Below, piece after piece: positions 20,387 to 30,944 of a DNA stretch of 64,000 bases. Positions within the stretch are counted from its first letter, which is position 1; each line of letters begins with the position of its first letter. The translations under genes and the position numbers were made by a program. Under the pieces are notes generated by a model that did no database searches, was not told the origin of the DNA, and saw nothing but the letters and a program-made list of their open reading frames with translations. Source of the DNA: Promethearchaeota archaeon (GTDB lineage Archaea > Asgardarchaeota > Lokiarchaeia > Sigyniarchaeales > SOKP01); contig JBHLOC010000014.1 in NCBI GenBank assembly GCA_048940925.1, positions 34,371 through 98,370 on the forward strand, in the 5' to 3' direction.

Positions 20387-20454
20387 TCTTTTTAAAACAT
20401 TAATTGTTTATTTCAAAATAAAAATAGATTTTTTTTTATTCACATCCACAACTT

Positions 20455-21099
20455 TTAAATCCCGAGGATTATAGAAATGATAAGTGTAACAACACCTGCA
20501 GTAACTAAATGTAGAGCGTATCTAACTCGTCCTCCCCCAGAGATCTTACCTAAAAATATGCCTAGATATACAAGTAAAACAGCAAGTATAATATAAGAAA
20601 ATATAAAATGAGTTATTGCTAGCGTTGTCCCAAAGAAGAAAGGAATCAAAGGTAGAGAACTTCCTAAAACAGGGGCGCCTCCATCTACTAGTGAAGCAAC
20701 AACAGTTGCAAAATTCTCGGCCTTCTCTAATAAAGTTTTCTTCTTCTTTTGTTTAATTTCTTTATTGATTTTTATATCATCATCAACATCTGCCATTTCT
20801 TTTTTCATGTCTGTTACTTTTTTCTTACGTTCAGCTTCCTCAGATAGGAAAGCTCCCCATAACCCACTTACTCCAATAGCTAGTGCTGTTGCAAAACCAG
20901 TAATAATAACATTTTCGGGAATAAACCGTGATGGATCTTTGAGAAATATAATAAATATTCCGCTTACAATGCCAGCACATGTTAATGCACCATCAAAACA
21001 ATTATTGAAAAATTTACGTCGAGCAATTTCACCCAAATCAGCCATTTTTCCATATTGTTTCCATAGCTTAAGTTTTTCTTTAATTTCCATTGGTTTCAC
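20455..21099 (-). CDS. VIT1/CCC1 family transporter (tandem paralog)
   Basis: RRKFFNNCFDG.LT..G, GAFLSEEAER and GSSLPLIPF. Confidence 0.8.
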   Translation of the reverse strand: MKPMEIKEKLKLWKQYGKMADLGEIARRKFFNNCFDGALTCAGIVSGIFIIFLKDPSRFIPENVIITGFATALAIGVSGLWGAFLSEEAERKKKVTDMKKEMADVDDDIKINKEIKQKKKKTLLEKAENFATVVASLVDGGAPVLGSSLPLIPFFFGTTLAITHFIFSYIILAVLLVYLGIFLGKISGGGRVRYALHLVTAGVVTLIISIILGI

Positions 21100-21305
21100 T
21101 TGACACTTTTTTATAGACTATGAATCTAAAATAGACGATTCTTCTTAAAACATTTATTAGAAAAGATTTATTCGGTTTTATTAGTTTTTTATTAATTGAA
21201 GAATAAATTAAATAAAAAATATATTAAATTTCCTAAATACTAAATTTTTTTTTATCTAATAATTTATATTTATAAGAGGTAATTAAATATTTAAAGGAGA
21301 ATCAA

Positions 21306-21944
21306 ATGAACAAAATTAAAGAAGAAATCATATCAATGCTCATAGAGCATTCCAGAATCATCTATTCAGTTATAAGTGATATGGCAACTTATTATTCTAT
21401 GTGGAGCAAGGGTTTTGAATCCAACAAAGATAGTTTAGAAAAGAAGAAAAACAAAATACAATTATCCGAAGAAGATGCTGACGGTATTAAAATTCAAATG
21501 ATACAAAACTATGCTGAAGCAGGAACTCAAGGTTTGGGTAATTATGTATCTCTTATTTTAAAAATGGATAATGTAATTAACTACCCTTTGGAATTTGTTG
21601 ATATGCTTCCTAAAATTAAATTAGATAGTAAAAATGAGATTGAAATAAAAAAACAGTATGATAAATTAATAAATAAGATTATTAAGATGGCTGATGTCTT
21701 AAAGTCAGCAATTAAAGGTTTAAGAGATAAGCCAGATATCGTATTTAAAAACACTACAGCAATTCATGAGATAGAAAATGAGATTGATACAATATATAGA
21801 CAATTCCTTGAATATATATATTCTAGTGAAGATTTAGACATGCGAGTTTTATTAAGAATTAGAGACAGTATTGTATTATTAGAACAAATGGCTGATAGAA
21901 TTCATGATATAGCCGATGAACTAAGAATTCTGCTTTATCAATAG
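21306..21944 (+). CDS. DUF47 / PhoU-like helical protein
   Basis: EEDADGIK, IENEIDTIYR and LEQMADRIHDIAD repeats. Confidence 0.8.
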   Translation: MNKIKEEIISMLIEHSRIIYSVISDMATYYSMWSKGFESNKDSLEKKKNKIQLSEEDADGIKIQMIQNYAEAGTQGLGNYVSLILKMDNVINYPLEFVDMLPKIKLDSKNEIEIKKQYDKLINKIIKMADVLKSAIKGLRDKPDIVFKNTTAIHEIENEIDTIYRQFLEYIYSSEDLDMRVLLRIRDSIVLLEQMADRIHDIADELRILLYQ

Positions 21945-22173
21945 ATTTATATTACCATCTTGCTAAATTCTTAACATATTCTAACTAAAGTATATTATCT
22001 TTTATTTGGTTATTAGTTACATACAAAAGAGTTTATTTAATAGTCTAAAATAAATATTAACAAGCCAAAAGAATTGAATTTTTTAATAAGATTATTTCTT
22101 AATTTTAACTTTCCCTACTAATTACATCTAATCAATTCACTATGAAAATATGATTAAACTTAAGTATCCAATA

Positions 22174-23652
22174 TTAATAAATAGTTTCTCCAGTTATTCT
22201 ATTTACTTTCAAATGCCTTAATCTTAAATTTATTCGAGGAATTTCTTCACTTTTTAATATGCTATTTACACATTCTTCTGGAAACAAATAATTTGCGAGA
22301 TGGATAATCATTTGTTTGTTTTCAACACAATTATATAATTTTAAGCTTTCACAGGAGTAAAATAATTCACTTATCAAGTCATAATTTGTATCTTTTGAAA
22401 AGTCAAGTAATTCCAAATTTCTGTAAATCCTTGAAATTATTTTTTCTAAAAGGTTATAATCTTTAAATTTTTCAAGAGTATTTCTCATATAATTACAAAA
22501 TAAAACATAATAAGTAGCTTCTGATGAAATAAATCCGTCTCGGTATTGTTTTATGCCTTCTGGTGTTATTCGAAACTCAATCTCTTCAATAATGGCGTTA
22601 ATTTCTTGCTCTGATGTTTTTTTTCTTAGATAACTATAGATCTTTAATATTACTACTAACTGAGATGTTTCTAGATTTCTTAAGTAATAATTTTCAAAAA
22701 ACCGTTTATCTGCTCTAGTTAAATTATCAACTTTTTCATTATCTAACCATAATCCCATCATTTCTGTTGCTTTTATAAAATAATAGGCACCATCGGTTGC
22801 CTCAATAATAGGAGATTCAAATTCATCAATAGCTTCTTCATATAAATTGAGTAAAAATTGCTTAACTTTTTCTTTATCCACTTTAATATCTAAATTCTTG
22901 ATTAAATAGATCCCGCAAAAATAAATATCAGGATTTTTTAAGGTAATTAATGGAATATCTATTAACCATTCATCTACATTGCTTTTGAGAAATGATCTAA
23001 GATGAGAAAAATCAAATCTTTTTTGTAAATGAAAAAAGTCAATTATTCTATAAATTAAATATGTCAGTTGAAGTTTATCTTGAGGATTTTTTAAATCTTC
23101 TAAACTTTCAATCTCTTTTTTATCTTGAATAAATTTATTCACAATTTTTTCTTGAATCTGAATATATTTTCTAAGATTTGCTTTCTTTTCTGGTTGTTTA
23201 TCAAAAAGATTTTTTAAATTTCTTAATTCAATAATAAGTTCAATTGTTAGAAAACCCTGCTTTCTAAGTTTTAACATTAACTCTTCAACGTCAATATCGA
23301 CAAAATAATCAATAAATTTTTTTAAAAAGAGTTCATAGATTAATGGAGCAATTTTTTTTTCAAAAATATCTTTTGTTGTATATATAATCTCGTAATCTTT
23401 CTTTTTTATTTCTAAAAACGGATCTAAAAATGTATTTTCAATTTCACTTTGTTCAAATCCTAATTCTAATAACTCTTTTTGCAGATGAGGAATAATTTTA
23501 TCTGTAATTTGGTTTAAATTTTCTTTTTTTATTGTATCGTTTTTAATATTAGTGATAATTTTTTTTCCAAAATAGTCATCGATATAATCATAAAAAGCGT
23601 CAATATTGCCCAAATAGAAGTCTAGAATGTTAAGTATTCCTTGAAAAATCAT
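22174..23652 (-). CDS. Hypothetical all-helical protein
   Basis: 492-aa ORF with repeated TYY/AYY helix motifs; no confident family. Confidence 0.65.
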   Translation of the reverse strand: MIFQGILNILDFYLGNIDAFYDYIDDYFGKKIITNIKNDTIKKENLNQITDKIIPHLQKELLELGFEQSEIENTFLDPFLEIKKKDYEIIYTTKDIFEKKIAPLIYELFLKKFIDYFVDIDVEELMLKLRKQGFLTIELIIELRNLKNLFDKQPEKKANLRKYIQIQEKIVNKFIQDKKEIESLEDLKNPQDKLQLTYLIYRIIDFFHLQKRFDFSHLRSFLKSNVDEWLIDIPLITLKNPDIYFCGIYLIKNLDIKVDKEKVKQFLLNLYEEAIDEFESPIIEATDGAYYFIKATEMMGLWLDNEKVDNLTRADKRFFENYYLRNLETSQLVVILKIYSYLRKKTSEQEINAIIEEIEFRITPEGIKQYRDGFISSEATYYVLFCNYMRNTLEKFKDYNLLEKIISRIYRNLELLDFSKDTNYDLISELFYSCESLKLYNCVENKQMIIHLANYLFPEECVNSILKSEEIPRINLRLRHLKVNRITGETIY

Positions 23653-24164
23653 TTTAGAACAGGAAAAAAATTCTGATTTTATTTTCTTATTATATAAAAA
23701 ATAGTGTTATTAAAATTAATATTTTACTTTTATTTATGATAAATTTGAATAAACTTTACATTAAAATTTTTTAAATGGAATTAATTTATTTAAACTTACT
23801 AATAATTGAAGCTAATCAATGGATTACTAAAGAAACTAAATGATTTTTTTATTGTAAATTATATAATACATTAAAATATAAAATTTATAAAAATATTAAA
23901 AATCTTCAGAGTTGAAGAAATAGAAAACCTTTTTCAAAATTTAGAATTATTTTAATCTCATCAATTTTTGATAAAAGTCTAAAATAACCAATGGCTTTTT
24001 GTAAATATAATTTAAAGTAATCGCATATCAAGAGATTTTAATATAGTCTTATATATAGATATAACTATTACAAGAATATGGTTAATCCCTTTTCGAAACA
24101 TTTTTACGCAAAGATTATTTCTTAAATAATAATATATAATTAATTTAATCAAAATGAGATAAAG

Positions 24165-24530
24165 ATGAATGGCAAACAAAAATTTTATCTACTACTCGGA
24201 TTATTTCAAATTATTCTAGTTATGACTGTATTTTTCAGTATAAATGGAATTATTTCTTTTGCTGCTGCTCAAGCCCCAACCACCAGTGATTCTTATAATT
24301 CTTCTACAGCAGGGATGTTAGGAATAGCTGCAGGGATCGCAGTGGGAGCAGCCGTCATAGGAAGCGGTATGGCTATAAAAACAGTTGGTACTTCTGCAAT
24401 TGCTGCATTAACCGAGAGAGAAGAATATTTTTTTAAGGCCTTCTTAGTTGTAGCTTTAGGAGAAGCTTTGGCCATATATGGTCTTATCGTAGCAATATTA
24501 TTATGGACAAAGATCCCAAACCCAGCTTAG
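24165..24530 (+). CDS. atpK: A/V-type ATP synthase proteolipid subunit K (c), with an N-terminal signal-like extension
   Basis: Gly/Ala-rich hairpin, AIAALTERE loop, and ALGEALAIYGL with the ion-binding Glu. Confidence 0.92.
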   Translation: MNGKQKFYLLLGLFQIILVMTVFFSINGIISFAAAQAPTTSDSYNSSTAGMLGIAAGIAVGAAVIGSGMAIKTVGTSAIAALTEREEYFFKAFLVVALGEALAIYGLIVAILLWTKIPNPA

Positions 24531-24609
24531 ACCTTTTTAAAGAAATATCCATATTCAATTAAGATTTTATGACATAAACATATAGTATTATAATTATGGT
24601 GATATTTAA

Positions 24610-25650
24610 ACGAGTGTTCCTGTTCCTGCATATGAATATACCTTTATAAAAATTGGATTTTTAAAGCAATTAGTATTAGATGATATTGCCTTACAACACT
24701 TAAAAGTACTTAGGGATATACAAGAATTTATTGGATTTATTGAGCCTTATTATCCAGATCTAAAAGTTAATGATTATACTATCGAAGAAATTGAGATGGC
24801 TTTATATCATATTTTTTTTAAACTAATTGGAAAAATAATCTCCTTTTCGCCATTAAATATGCGGCGTTTTCTAAAAGATTATTTACTCAAATACGAAATA
24901 ATGAATATCAAGCAAATCATTTTAGGCTTAATAATAGGCATGACAAATGAAGAAAAATCAAAAAATGTAAATTTTCTAATAGAGGAATATTTAGAAAATA
25001 CTGATTTTATAAAAAAATTGATTGAAATATCTTCCTTAGAAGAAATTCAATTATATATGAAAAAAACTATTTACAATAAGGCAATTAGAGAGGGTATTCT
25101 TTATTTTAAGAATAATAATGAAATATTTGTGCTTGAGGCATTTTTAGATCAATTATATTATTTTATCTTGTTGAGAAGAGAAAACATGTATAATAAAAAA
25201 GAAAAAAATATGATATCTTTATTTAATTCCTTTAAAACAGAAATATATAATATTAATTTGATGTATCGTGGTATTATAAATGGAATTGATAAAAATCTTC
25301 TCTCTCAATTCATAGTAAACAATTACTTATTTTTAGATGAAAATAAAATTAATGTTCTTCTGGATCAAAAAAATTTAAATGATTTTTTTTTGGAACTTGA
25401 TATAATTTTACGAAAAATAATTGAACTGAAGTATTTTATAAATATTTCTGAGGAAGAGCATCCGATGTGGGAACTCGAAAGGTTATATGAGCAATATTAT
25501 TTTAAAAAAGTTAAAATTACATTTGAAGATATTGAACATTTAACAATTTATCGTATTTTGGAATTGATTATAAAGAAAGAAAAAGAAATTAACCTAGAAA
25601 TTATACCAAATGTAGTGAGGATTATTAATAGGAAGTTTAAGTCATTATAA
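24610..25650 (+). CDS. atpC: A/V-type ATP synthase subunit C (d); probable ACG start at 24610
   Basis: Position in the operon; KYEIMNIK, LEAFLDQLYY and EIYNI…RG. Frame is open from 24610 (SVPVPAYEYTFIKIG…). Confidence 0.8.
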   Translation, partial: TSVPVPAYEYTFIKIGFLKQLVLDDIALQHLKVLRDIQEFIGFIEPYYPDLKVNDYTIEEIEMALYHIFFKLIGKIISFSPLNMRRFLKDYLLKYEIMNIKQIILGLIIGMTNEEKSKNVNFLIEEYLENTDFIKKLIEISSLEEIQLYMKKTIYNKAIREGILYFKNNNEIFVLEAFLDQLYYFILLRRENMYNKKEKNMISLFNSFKTEIYNINLMYRGIINGIDKNLLSQFIVNNYLFLDENKINVLLDQKNLNDFFLELDIILRKIIELKYFINISEEEHPMWELERLYEQYYFKKVKITFEDIEHLTIYRILELIIKKEKEINLEIIPNVVRIINRKFKSL

Positions 25651-25702
25651 ACTGAAAATTAATCTATTAGTTAAAAAAAATAAAGATAAATGCATTAAAA
25701 TT

Positions 25703-26014
25703 ATGGAGCTTTTTAATTGGTTAAAAGATATAGAAAAAATTTATGAAGATTTAATTGATAAAGAAAAAAAAGAAAGTGCAGATAAAATTCAATTATTAGA
25801 AGAACAATATAAAAAAGATCTTGAAGAAATTTTAGAAAAAAAGAGAAATTTTGTTAAATCAACTCAAGAAAATCTTTCAAAAGAAGTTTTAGATTATATT
25901 GAAGATTTTGAAAAAAAATCTAACGACGTAATTGATAGAATTAGGAAAAATTATCAAAATGATAAGAGTAAATTGATGCAAACAATTTTAGAAAAATTGG
26001 GGTTAAAATTTTAA
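25703..26014 (+). CDS. A/V-type ATP synthase subunit H/G (peripheral stalk)
   Basis: 103-aa charged coiled coil within the ATPase operon. Confidence 0.65.
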   Translation: MELFNWLKDIEKIYEDLIDKEKKESADKIQLLEEQYKKDLEEILEKKRNFVKSTQENLSKEVLDYIEDFEKKSNDVIDRIRKNYQNDKSKLMQTILEKLGLKF

Positions 26015-26334
26015 TGCCTGAGCAAAAAATATATGTATTAGGAAAAGACGAGATCGTTACAATGTTAGGATTATTAGGAATAGAAGGTAAAGTTATTAAT
26101 GAGAATGATGATTTTTTAAAAGAATTTAACAATCTAGTAAGCAATCCCTCGATTATAATGATAATCATAGCATTAGATTTAGCAGATGATACTATTGATT
26201 TCTTAATTGATTTCAAACTTAATATAAGAAAACCATTTATATTTTATCTGCCAAATATTTTTCAATTAGATGATGATTCTAAGGATCTTTTTTTAACGAA
26301 AATTAATGAATCTATTAGAGGCATCTTAACATAA
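26014..26334 (+). CDS. atpF: A/V-type ATP synthase subunit F
   Basis: KIYVLGKDEIVTMLGLLGIEG N-terminal signature; size and operon position fit. Confidence 0.85.
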   Translation: MPEQKIYVLGKDEIVTMLGLLGIEGKVINENDDFLKEFNNLVSNPSIIMIIIALDLADDTIDFLIDFKLNIRKPFIFYLPNIFQLDDDSKDLFLTKINESIRGILT

Positions 26335-26343
26335 AGGAGGTGA

Positions 26344-27075
26344 ATAAATTTTTCAGATGAGAGCAATTTAAAGAAGTCTGTAGGGGCTTTAGGATTATAT
26401 TTAATAAATAAAGCGCTACAAGAAATCAAGGAATCTCATAGACAAATGTTATTTCAAAAAGCAGAAATGAAAAATAATTATAATGAAATGATAGACGAAG
26501 CTTCTTTAAAAGTAAAAAACAAATTTCTTGAAGATTATGATCAATTTTTAAATGAACATTTAACATCGAGCTTATTAAAATTGAAAGAAACAATTCTGAA
26601 TCTTAAGAATCAATTAAAAGAAGATTTAAGAATATCACTTTTTGAGTTAATTAAAACTAAATTAGATAAAAATTATTCAACATATATTGAATATATTTTA
26701 AATTTTATTAAACTAGTAAGTGAGAATATAGGTGGTCATGGAAAAATTAACTTTTTTTTTAATTTAAGAGATTTTAATTACTTTAATAAAAATTCCAATA
26801 AAATTAAAAGTATATTCAGAGATTCAATCACTATTGAGCAATCTTCTCGTAAGTTTTTAGGAGGATTTGAAGTGACAATGCCTCAAGCATCCATTTCTTA
26901 TGATTATTCGTTTGATACCCTTATAAATAGAAATTATACTCAAATTGAGTTGGAGTTTTCAAAAATTATTTCGGATGTTGAATACAAAAAATTATATGAT
27001 GAATTTGAAGAATTTATTCAAGAAAAAAAAAAAGATATAGAGGGAATTTTAAGTAAATATGACCAAATCAATTAG
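26344..27075 (+). CDS. atpE: A/V-type ATP synthase subunit E; true start probably upstream of ATG 26446
   Basis: Coiled N-half and FLGGF…YDYSFDTLI motif. Frame is open from 26344, directly after GGAGGTGA. Confidence 0.8.
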   Translation: MNFSDESNLKKSVGALGLYLINKALQEIKESHRQMLFQKAEMKNNYNEMIDEASLKVKNKFLEDYDQFLNEHLTSSLLKLKETILNLKNQLKEDLRISLFELIKTKLDKNYSTYIEYILNFIKLVSENIGGHGKINFFFNLRDFNYFNKNSNKIKSIFRDSITIEQSSRKFLGGFEVTMPQASISYDYSFDTLINRNYTQIELEFSKIISDVEYKKLYDEFEEFIQEKKKDIEGILSKYDQIN

Positions 27076-28894
27076 ACAAGTTAATTCTGGACAGATTTCT
27101 GCGATTAATGGTTCTTTGATCGAAATAAAGGGTTTAGAGCATCAAATTCGACTTCATGACTTAATTGAAGTATCTAAACATAGTGTTTTGGGAGAAGTTA
27201 TTCAAATATATTCAGATAAGGTGATTGCTCAATGTTTTGAAGATACAAGTAATATGAGATTGCATGAAAAAGTAATTGATTTAAAGGAACCTTTATCTAT
27301 GGAATTAGCTCCAGGATTGTTATCAAGTATTTTTGATGGAATTCAACGACCCTTAGAAAATTTTTTTACACAATTCAAAGATACTGGATTTTTAGAAAAA
27401 GGTATTACGTTACCTCCGTTATCCAGAACTAAAAAATGGCACTTTATTCCTCAAAAAGAGGTAAATAATAAGGTAAGTGGTGGTGATGTAATTGGAACAG
27501 TACAAGAAACTACTTCTATAATACATTATATACTATTACCTCCAGAGGAATTTGGAATTTTAACTTACATTGCAGAAGAAGGGGATTATACTATAACTGA
27601 TGAAATTTACAAATTAAAAAACGGTAAAGAAGAAAAAAATTTTAATATGATCCAAAAATGGCCTGTTACACGATCTAGGCCCTTTTTTAAAAAAATAAGC
27701 CCTTTAGAACCATTAAATACAGGAATGCGGGTTATCGATTTACTATTCCCTGTCGCGAAAGGTGGCACTGTGGCAGTTCCGGGGGGATTTGGTACCGGTA
27801 AAACAGTTATTCAACAATCCCTAGCTAAATGGTGCGATGCTGATATAATAATTTTTGTAGGATGTGGTGAAAGAGGCAATGAAGTCGCTGATAGTTTAAA
27901 GGAATTCTCTAGACTCATTGATCCGGTGACTGGACGACCTTTATTAGAGAGAGTAGTTGTTATTGCAAATACTTCTAATATGCCCGTATCAGCTCGTGAA
28001 GCGAGCATTTTTTCAGGAATAACTATTGGAGAATATTATAGAGATATGGGATATGATGTTGCTCTTATGGCAGATAGTACCTCAAGATGGGCAGAATCTC
28101 TAAGAGAAATTTCAGGATTATTAGAAGAAATGCCTGCTGAGGAAGGATATCCAGCTTATTTACCCTCAAAACTTTCAAGTTTTTACGAAAGAGCAGGTGT
28201 TATTGAAACTTTAGGAAATAATGAATTAAATGATAACAAAATGGGTTCTTTAACGATTATTGGTTCTGTATCACCCCCTTCTGGCGATTTTAGCGAGCCT
28301 GTGACAGCAACAACTAAGCGTTTTGTTCAAGTTTTCTGGGCATTAGATGCAAGACTCGCATATGCCAAACATTATCCCGCTTTAAATTGGCTTGATTCAT
28401 ATTCAAATTACCCTGAATATATTGCTGATTGGTGGCTTAAAAAAGATATTAATTGGTCAGAGTTGGATCTCGATTGGTTTGATTGTCGAACTCAAGTTAA
28501 TGAAATTTTATCGATAGAAAATAATTTAAAAAATATTACTCAATTAATTGGAGAAGAAAATCTGCCAGAAGATCAGCAATTAATTCTCTTTATTGCAAAA
28601 ATAATTAAAGAAGGTTTTCTAATTCAAAATGCATTTGATGATATTGATAATTATACTTCTGCTGAAAAGTTATTGCGACAAATAAAAATTGTCCTTTTAT
28701 TAAATAAAGAGGCTAAAGAACTTTTGGATAAAGGGATTATTATTGAAGAGATTAAAGATCTTGAGATTGTGAATGACATTTTAAGAATTAGTAGTTCCAT
28801 TCCTAATGACGAGTCCTATAAAATTGATGAATTAAAAAATGAAATGATTAAAAAAACTAAATCCATGAAAACAACTTATCGATTTATGAGATAA
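27059..28894 (+). CDS. atpA: A/V-type ATP synthase catalytic subunit A
   Basis: GGFGTGKT P-loop, [26 protein letters not shown] and [12 protein letters not shown]. Confidence 0.97.
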   Translation: MTKSIRQVNSGQISAINGSLIEIKGLEHQIRLHDLIEVSKHSVLGEVIQIYSDKVIAQCFEDTSNMRLHEKVIDLKEPLSMELAPGLLSSIFDGIQRPLENFFTQFKDTGFLEKGITLPPLSRTKKWHFIPQKEVNNKVSGGDVIGTVQETTSIIHYILLPPEEFGILTYIAEEGDYTITDEIYKLKNGKEEKNFNMIQKWPVTRSRPFFKKISPLEPLNTGMRVIDLLFPVAKGGTVAVPGGFGTGKTVIQQSLAKWCDADIIIFVGCGERGNEVADSLKEFSRLIDPVTGRPLLERVVVIANTSNMPVSAREASIFSGITIGEYYRDMGYDVALMADSTSRWAESLREISGLLEEMPAEEGYPAYLPSKLSSFYERAGVIETLGNNELNDNKMGSLTIIGSVSPPSGDFSEPVTATTKRFVQVFWALDARLAYAKHYPALNWLDSYSNYPEYIADWWLKKDINWSELDLDWFDCRTQVNEILSIENNLKNITQLIGEENLPEDQQLILFIAKIIKEGFLIQNAFDDIDNYTSAEKLLRQIKIVLLLNKEAKELLDKGIIIEEIKDLEIVNDILRISSSIPNDESYKIDELKNEMIKKTKSMKTTYRFMR

Positions 28895-28896
28895 AA

Positions 28897-30288
28897 ATGA
28901 GTGTAAGATATAAAAATATAAAACAGATCATAGGTCCGCTTATCTTTTTAGAAAATAACCATAATGTGCAATATGGAGAAATTGTTGAAGTTAATACCAT
29001 CGAACAAAAAAACCGTATTGGCCAAGTAATAAAAATTGATGAAGAATTAATCGTTGTTGAAGTATTTGAAGATACTAAAGGAATGTCTTCAGAAAATTCA
29101 ACACTTATTTTTACTGGAGAACCGTTTAAATTGAAAATTTCAAATGATATGTTGGGAGGTATTTTTAATTCCTTAGGAAAACCTATTGATATTTTCACAA
29201 AAAAAGTTTTGAATTCTGATATTATAACTAATGTAGAACGAGATATTAATGGTGCGCCCATAAATCCATTTGCAAGGCAGTATCCTTCTCAAGTAATACA
29301 GACTGGGATTTCTACTATAGATGGTCTATTTACCTTAATTAGAGGTCAAAAGCTTCCTATTTTTAGTGGGCAAGGACTTTCACACAATAAAATTGCAGCC
29401 CAAATTGTGACACAAGCTAAAGTTTTGACAGAGGAACCTTTTCTAATAATCTTTTGTGGAATTGGAATTACTCAAGATGAAGCAATTTTTTTTGTAGATC
29501 GCTTTCAAAAAAGTGGGAATATTCAAAATATAATATCATTTATTAATTTTGCAGACGATCCAGTAATGGAGCGATTAATAATTCCTCGAGTTGCCTTAAC
29601 AACCGCGGAATATTTTGCTTTTGATAAAGAAATGCATGTTCTTGTTATCCTAATTGATATGACAAATTATGCTGAAGCTTTGAGGGAGCTTAGTTCAGCA
29701 AAAGAAGAAATACCTAGTAGAAAAGGGTATCCTGGATATTTATATTCAGATTTTGCCTCCATTTATGAAAGAACAGGGCTAATAAAAGATAAGAAGGGGT
29801 CAATTACTCAAATTCCGATATTAACAATGCCTAATGATGATATTTCTCATCCTATTCCAGATACTTCGGGATATATCACTGAAGGACAATTAGTATTGAA
29901 TCGAACTTTGGAAAAAAAGGGGATTTACCCCCCCATTGAAGTTTTAGCTTCTATCTCGCGACTTATGAAAGATGCTATAGGTGATGGAACTACTAGAGAG
30001 GATCATGCCGATATTAGTTCTCAATTATTAGCTTCTTATTCCACTGCTCTTGAAGTTAGAGATTTGATTTCAGTTGTAGGAGAAGATAGTTTAAATTTAG
30101 AACAAAAAGCATTATTAAAATTTGCAGATGATTTTGAATTATTATTTATGAATCAGAAATTTAATGAAAATCGTGATTTTTCAAAATCATTTTCAATTGC
30201 ATGGAAAGTATTAGCGAATCTTCCAAGGAATCAGTTATATAGAATTCATCAAAATTTTATCAATAAATATTATCCATCAGAGGTGTAA
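28897..30288 (+). CDS. atpB: A/V-type ATP synthase subunit B
   Basis: [43 protein letters not shown] and SRLMK. Confidence 0.96.
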   Translation: MSVRYKNIKQIIGPLIFLENNHNVQYGEIVEVNTIEQKNRIGQVIKIDEELIVVEVFEDTKGMSSENSTLIFTGEPFKLKISNDMLGGIFNSLGKPIDIFTKKVLNSDIITNVERDINGAPINPFARQYPSQVIQTGISTIDGLFTLIRGQKLPIFSGQGLSHNKIAAQIVTQAKVLTEEPFLIIFCGIGITQDEAIFFVDRFQKSGNIQNIISFINFADDPVMERLIIPRVALTTAEYFAFDKEMHVLVILIDMTNYAEALRELSSAKEEIPSRKGYPGYLYSDFASIYERTGLIKDKKGSITQIPILTMPNDDISHPIPDTSGYITEGQLVLNRTLEKKGIYPPIEVLASISRLMKDAIGDGTTREDHADISSQLLASYSTALEVRDLISVVGEDSLNLEQKALLKFADDFELLFMNQKFNENRDFSKSFSIAWKVLANLPRNQLYRIHQNFINKYYPSEV

Positions 30289-30924
30289 ATAATAAGTTTT
30301 AGAAAGATACAACCAACAAAAACTAATGTTATTAATCTAACGAAGAAGTTAGATTTTGTTACAAAAGGAGAAAGTTTTTTAGAATATAAAGAAGAACAAT
30401 TAATGCAACAAATTAAAACTCTATGGTCAGACTTTAAATTATCTCAAAAAAATTTTTTTGTATTATATAAAAAGGCTCTTTCAAAATTATATGAAACTTA
30501 TCAAGAGATGGGAAAACGGCAAGTAGTTATGATTAATAACATCAATATTATCCAATTTAAACCGTTTATAGATATAAATTATAGGAAAAAAATAGGAATT
30601 TTATTACCATATATTAATTTCGAATTAAAACAAGAAGAGCAGCTTCCAGCTTACTCATTTGAAAATACAAGTCATCATCTTGATGAGTTAATAGTTATTT
30701 TAAAAGAATTCTTTGAAAGCTTAATTGTATTTGCTGAAAAAGAAGATATTTTATTAAAATTGACTTTAAATTTAAAAAAAATAAGCCGTAGAATAAGTGG
30801 ATTAAAAAATGTAATTAAACCTCAATTAATATCAGATATCAAAACAATAAAAGAAATTTTAGAAGAACTTGAAAGAGAAAGTTTTGTCCGATTAAAAAAA
30901 ACAAAAAGTTTAATTAAAGAATAA
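30289..30924 (+). CDS. atpD: A/V-type ATP synthase subunit D; probable ATA start at 30289/30292
   Basis: N-terminal PTK..(V)..L.KKL….KG..FL..K motif lies upstream of the first ATG (30403). C-terminal RRI..LKNVI.P and LEELERESFVRLK. Confidence 0.9.
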   Translation: MISFRKIQPTKTNVINLTKKLDFVTKGESFLEYKEEQLMQQIKTLWSDFKLSQKNFFVLYKKALSKLYETYQEMGKRQVVMINNINIIQFKPFIDINYRKKIGILLPYINFELKQEEQLPAYSFENTSHHLDELIVILKEFFESLIVFAEKEDILLKLTLNLKKISRRISGLKNVIKPQLISDIKTIKEILEELERESFVRLKKTKSLIKE

Positions 30925-30944
30925 ATATCGAGAGTACGATAAAT

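Noticed and set aside
24596-24649. Short ORF MVIFKRVFLFLHMNIPL and a TTTAAAC slippery-like heptamer at the atpC start
   Set aside because: The heptamer is in the wrong phase to move ribosomes into the atpC frame, and a -1 slip there meets TAA.
30286-30291. atpB stop in frame with atpD, suggesting a B-D readthrough fusion
   Set aside because: Fusing stator B to rotor D is mechanistically implausible, and an SD plus ATA start explains the layout.
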